Positions 60,580-64,000 of a stretch of 64,000 nt of DNA are shown here, piece after piece. The stretch spans positions 96,001 through 160,000 of the forward strand of contig CAVTBU010000005.1 of NCBI GenBank assembly GCA_963733035.1, in the 5' to 3' direction. The notes beneath the pieces are model-generated. The model did not search any database, was not told the origin of the DNA, and saw only the letters and a program-made list of their open reading frames with translations. A program made the position numbers and the translations under genes. The stretch's first letter is position 1. Every line of letters starts with the position of its first letter. The stretch is from Pirellulales bacterium (lineage in GTDB: Bacteria > Planctomycetota > Planctomycetia > Pirellulales > PALSA-1355).

Positions 60580-62152
60580 TACATCGCGACGGCCTGCCGG
60601 ACGCCGTCATCGCGCCGCGCTCGTGCTCGTGCTTGTATTGATCGTGGTGATGATGTTGGCACTCGCGGGCTTCACATTTGCCGAGCTTATGTTCACTGAG
60701 GCCAAGGCGACGCGTTTGCACGGCGATCAGTTGCGTTTGCAGCAGGCGATTCATAGCGGAGTCGCGCAGTTGAACCTGTTTTTAGAGCAGCCCCGCGCTG
60801 CGCAAGAAGCGGCCGGCGGCACGTTTTCAAACCCCGCCATGTTTCAAGCCGTGCCATTGGAACCAGAATTCCCCGGTACGACCACCTTGGTCAACCAGCT
60901 TCGATTTAGCGTGGTAACACCCGCGATGGAGACCTCCGAGGCAACAGATCCACGTGGAGTTCGCTTCGGCGTCGAAAATGAGTCGGGGCGTTTGCATTTA
61001 GCCGACGTGTTGCGATACGACCAGGAGATGGCTGGGGCCGGCTGCCAAACGCTCCTGAAGTTGCCAGGCATGACGGAGGAAGTAGCCGACGCAATCATGG
61101 ATTGGCTCGACCCCGATTCGGAACCGCGCCCGATGGGCGCTGAAGACGACTACTACGGCGGGTTACCAGAGCCCTACGCACCACGAAACGGCTTGCCCGA
61201 CTGCATCGAGGAATTGCTGCTGATAAAAGGAGTGACGCGCGAGTTGTTATTCGGCGCGGACGCCAATTACAATCGAATTCTGGAGCCGGGCGAGCTCGCC
61301 GCATCTGCTTCGACCTCCCGCCCCCAATCTTCCGCCCAAATCGTGCCCTGGAGTTGGCTCTTGACCTTGTACAGCGGACAACGCAATCGAGACTCACAAG
61401 GGCAACCTCGCATCAATCTGAACGGCCCGGATATGGCGGTGTTGCACCGGCGGTTGACGGAGGCCGTTGGGCCAGAAATCGCGTCCTTCGCCGTGGCCTA
61501 TCGACAGTCCGGCGAGGATGTCACCGGCGGAGCACCCATGGCTGGGCCAATACCCTTCAATCCACAATTCGCGCCAACCCATCCGGTGCGATCGGTATTA
61601 GACTTGGTCGATGCCAAGGTGGCAATTCAGGACAGCCCATCTGGAAGCAAACGCACGATCTACCAAAGTCCGTTGCAGGTGGGCACGCCCTCGTTCGAAA
61701 AGCAGCTCGCAGTGCTTATGGATATTGCAACGACCAATCCCGAGCCCGTTCGCCGAGGCGGCGTAAGTGTCAACGACGCGCCGGCAGTCATTTTGCAAAC
61801 GGTGCCCGGCATCGACGAGTCGCTTGCACAACAAATCATCTCGGCTCGTCAGAATCCTGCGCCGGGAGGTGAAGCCAGCCGCCGGCATCCAACGTGGCTA
61901 TTGACCGAGGGCGTCGTCGACCTGCAAACAATGAAACGCTTGCTGCCAAACCTGACAGGCAGCGGTGACGTCGTCCGAGCGCAAATCGTCGCGCATCAGG
62001 ATCAGCCCCAACTCTCAGCGCGCACGGAAGTCGTGATCGACGCCTCCGGCGGCGCGGCGCGGACGGTCCTCTGGCGGGACCTGCGTTTTTATGGCACCGG
62101 CTATCCCACCGAATGGCTCACCGCCGGCGCGCCACAAGGCCCGAGAAACTAA
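60560..62152 (+). CDS. gspK: Type II secretion protein K
   Basis: Hydrophobic N-terminus, ENESGRL, ADAIMDWLD, GAEDDYY and EELLLIKGV. Confidence 0.88.
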   Translation: MATSMNNTSRRPAGRRHRAALVLVLVLIVVMMLALAGFTFAELMFTEAKATRLHGDQLRLQQAIHSGVAQLNLFLEQPRAAQEAAGGTFSNPAMFQAVPLEPEFPGTTTLVNQLRFSVVTPAMETSEATDPRGVRFGVENESGRLHLADVLRYDQEMAGAGCQTLLKLPGMTEEVADAIMDWLDPDSEPRPMGAEDDYYGGLPEPYAPRNGLPDCIEELLLIKGVTRELLFGADANYNRILEPGELAASASTSRPQSSAQIVPWSWLLTLYSGQRNRDSQGQPRINLNGPDMAVLHRRLTEAVGPEIASFAVAYRQSGEDVTGGAPMAGPIPFNPQFAPTHPVRSVLDLVDAKVAIQDSPSGSKRTIYQSPLQVGTPSFEKQLAVLMDIATTNPEPVRRGGVSVNDAPAVILQTVPGIDESLAQQIISARQNPAPGGEASRRHPTWLLTEGVVDLQTMKRLLPNLTGSGDVVRAQIVAHQDQPQLSARTEVVIDASGGAARTVLWRDLRFYGTGYPTEWLTAGAPQGPRN

Positions 62153-62158
62153 CCACTG

Positions 62159-63719
62159 ATGGCACGATTCGTAGCAATCGACTGGGACAGCGGCGAGGCA
62201 CGCTACCTCGTGGCGGATGCCACTGGCAAGCATTTTGCCATCGAGGCGATCGGGGCCGTGCCAATGCCTGGCGACAAGGACACGGTTGGCTCGCGCGCAA
62301 CTCGGCGAGGCCCTTCAAGCGGAGTTGGCCGGTAAAGCCAGCCGTGCGACGACGCTGCTGTGCGTAGGCCGAAGCCAAATCGACGTGGTAACGCCAACGC
62401 TTCCCCCGGCTTCCGACCTGGAACTCCCCGAGATGGTGCGGAATCAGGCGATGCGCGACAACAATGCGATCGGGGAAGACGCGCTGCTCGATTTTCTTCC
62501 GCTCAGTGACGATCCTACGCAACCTCGTAAGATAACCGCCGTCGCCCTGTCGCACACTCGACTCGAGCAACTTCAAGAGGTCTTGCACGGCGCGGGCCTG
62601 ACAGCACAGGCGATAACGCCCCGTCCCTACGCAACGGCCGCGTTGGTGCTGGACGGGCTCGAAGACCGCAATGAAACATGCCTCGTCGTGCACCTCCTGG
62701 CCGAGGAAGTCGACTTGATCATTCTGTCTGGCGGGAAGGTGATGTTTTGGCGCACACTTCGCCAACCAAACGCATCGCACGATGACACCGCGGCCCGACG
62801 GTTAATATCGGAGATTCGGCGAACACTGCTCGTTGCGCAGCCACATCTGTCGGGCCAAACGGTCAAATCTCTGTATCTGTGCGGCGGGTTGCAAGAGCAC
62901 CCCAATCTGGAAGCGGCCTTACGCGAGGATTCGCAGTTGCCGATGCACCTCGTTGATCCGTTTGCCGCGCACGGCGGAGGCACCGAGGCCCCGAAAAACC
63001 CTGGCCGCTACGTGCCGCTCGTGGGCCTGTTGACGACTGCGGCCAGTGGCGAACCGCACGCGATCGATTTCCTGCATCCCCGGCGGCGCCCCTCACCACC
63101 CGACCGCCGCCGTATTTACACCTTGGCGGGCGCCGCTGCGGCACTGCTCGTCCTGCTCGGTGGATATCAGGTCTGGTCGAATTTCTCCACCGCCGACGAG
63201 AAGATTGCGGATCTGGGCAATGAGCTTGGGCGTTTAGGCGATCAACTAAAACAGGCCGAGCAACGGCAGAAGATCATTGTGGCCATCGATGAATGGTCGA
63301 AGGACGACATAAACTGGCTCGACGAGCTGCGCGATCTTTCGTTGCGATTTCCAGGCGGTCGCGATGCCGTCCTGTTGCGCATGGGGTTGAGCCATGGCCG
63401 TGAGTCCGGCGGAACCATTGATCTGGTAGGCATCGTGCGCGACCCAATCGTGGTCAGCCACATCGAGAATAGCCTCCGCGATGAATTTCACGAGATCAGC
63501 AGCCGCCACATGCAAGAACAGTCAAAGCAGAACAACTACACGTGGCACTTTGAGTCGACGATCGGCGTGACTCCACGCACTCCGCAGCAGTACGTCAGCC
63601 ACCTGCCACCGGAAGAGCAGCGGTTGCCGCCACGTCCCAAACCAAAATCAGCTTCCCGTGCGCCGGTTGGTCCCAAGGCGTCGCTTCGCTCACGGTCCAA
63701 GGGGCAGGTGTCGCCATGA
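62159..63719 (+). CDS. GspL/PilM-PilN-like protein, frameshifted near 62290
   Basis: MARFVAIDWD start in one frame, continuing LPPA...ELPEMVR, IDFLHPR and a transmembrane helix in the 62217 frame. Confidence 0.78.
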
Positions 63720-64000
63720 ACCAGCGCGAAAAACTCCTGGCGGCTGTCGTTGGGTCGGTTGCCGTCTTGTACGGGGGGAATTGGCTCTATCAAGCAAACT
63801 ATGTCGAACCGCTGCGCGCGCGAAGCCGATATTGACCGGCTCCGCGGCGACATCTCCAAACGCGAGCTCGAGATGGCTCGCTTTCGCAAGGCGAACCTGC
63901 GCCTCAAACGATGGCAGGCACAAAGTCTCCCCTCCGATCCGGAGATCGCCCGCAGTCTGTATCAGGCCTGGCTCGTGGGCCTCGTCAGCAGATCGCAATT
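63716..64000 (+). CDS. GspM/PilO-like protein, partial and frameshifted near 63820
   Basis: MNQREKLLA plus a hydrophobic helix. After the frameshift it reads SLPSDPEIARSLYQAWL. Confidence 0.65.

Overview
This 64 kb window is most likely from a Planctomycete (Pirellulales-like), judged from ECF sigma/Ser-Thr kinase pairs, a PEP-CTERM protein, BNR/propeller hydrolases and a NolW-repeat T2SS. It has four parts. (1) ~1-24.1 kb is a composite integrated element: large serine recombinase, excisionase-like HTH, AddB/AddA-like nuclease-helicase pair, rep-like HTH gene followed by palindromic iteron-like repeats, three orphan DNA methyltransferases and domain-shuffled small proteins. It ends at a tmRNA-like 3'-end fragment (putative attR, 24038-24051). 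(2) 24.4-30.4 kb holds the best candidate for a new system: a compact operon of a 96-aa Lys-rich peptide ending KAGYWKLCEG, an RRE-like radical SAM/SPASM enzyme and an LPLAT-family acyltransferase. This is a putative crosslinked and fatty-acylated RiPP locus with its own sigma70-like promoter, lying downstream of an ECF-kinase pair. (3) 31.9-48.9 kb is a FadR-associated catabolic cluster for an unknown acylated (amino)sugar acid. (4) 49.3-64 kb is a type II secretion cluster with a barrel-less secretin-like protein. At least seven genes carry frameshifts, probably sequencing errors. All assignments come from manual motif reading; no searches were run.
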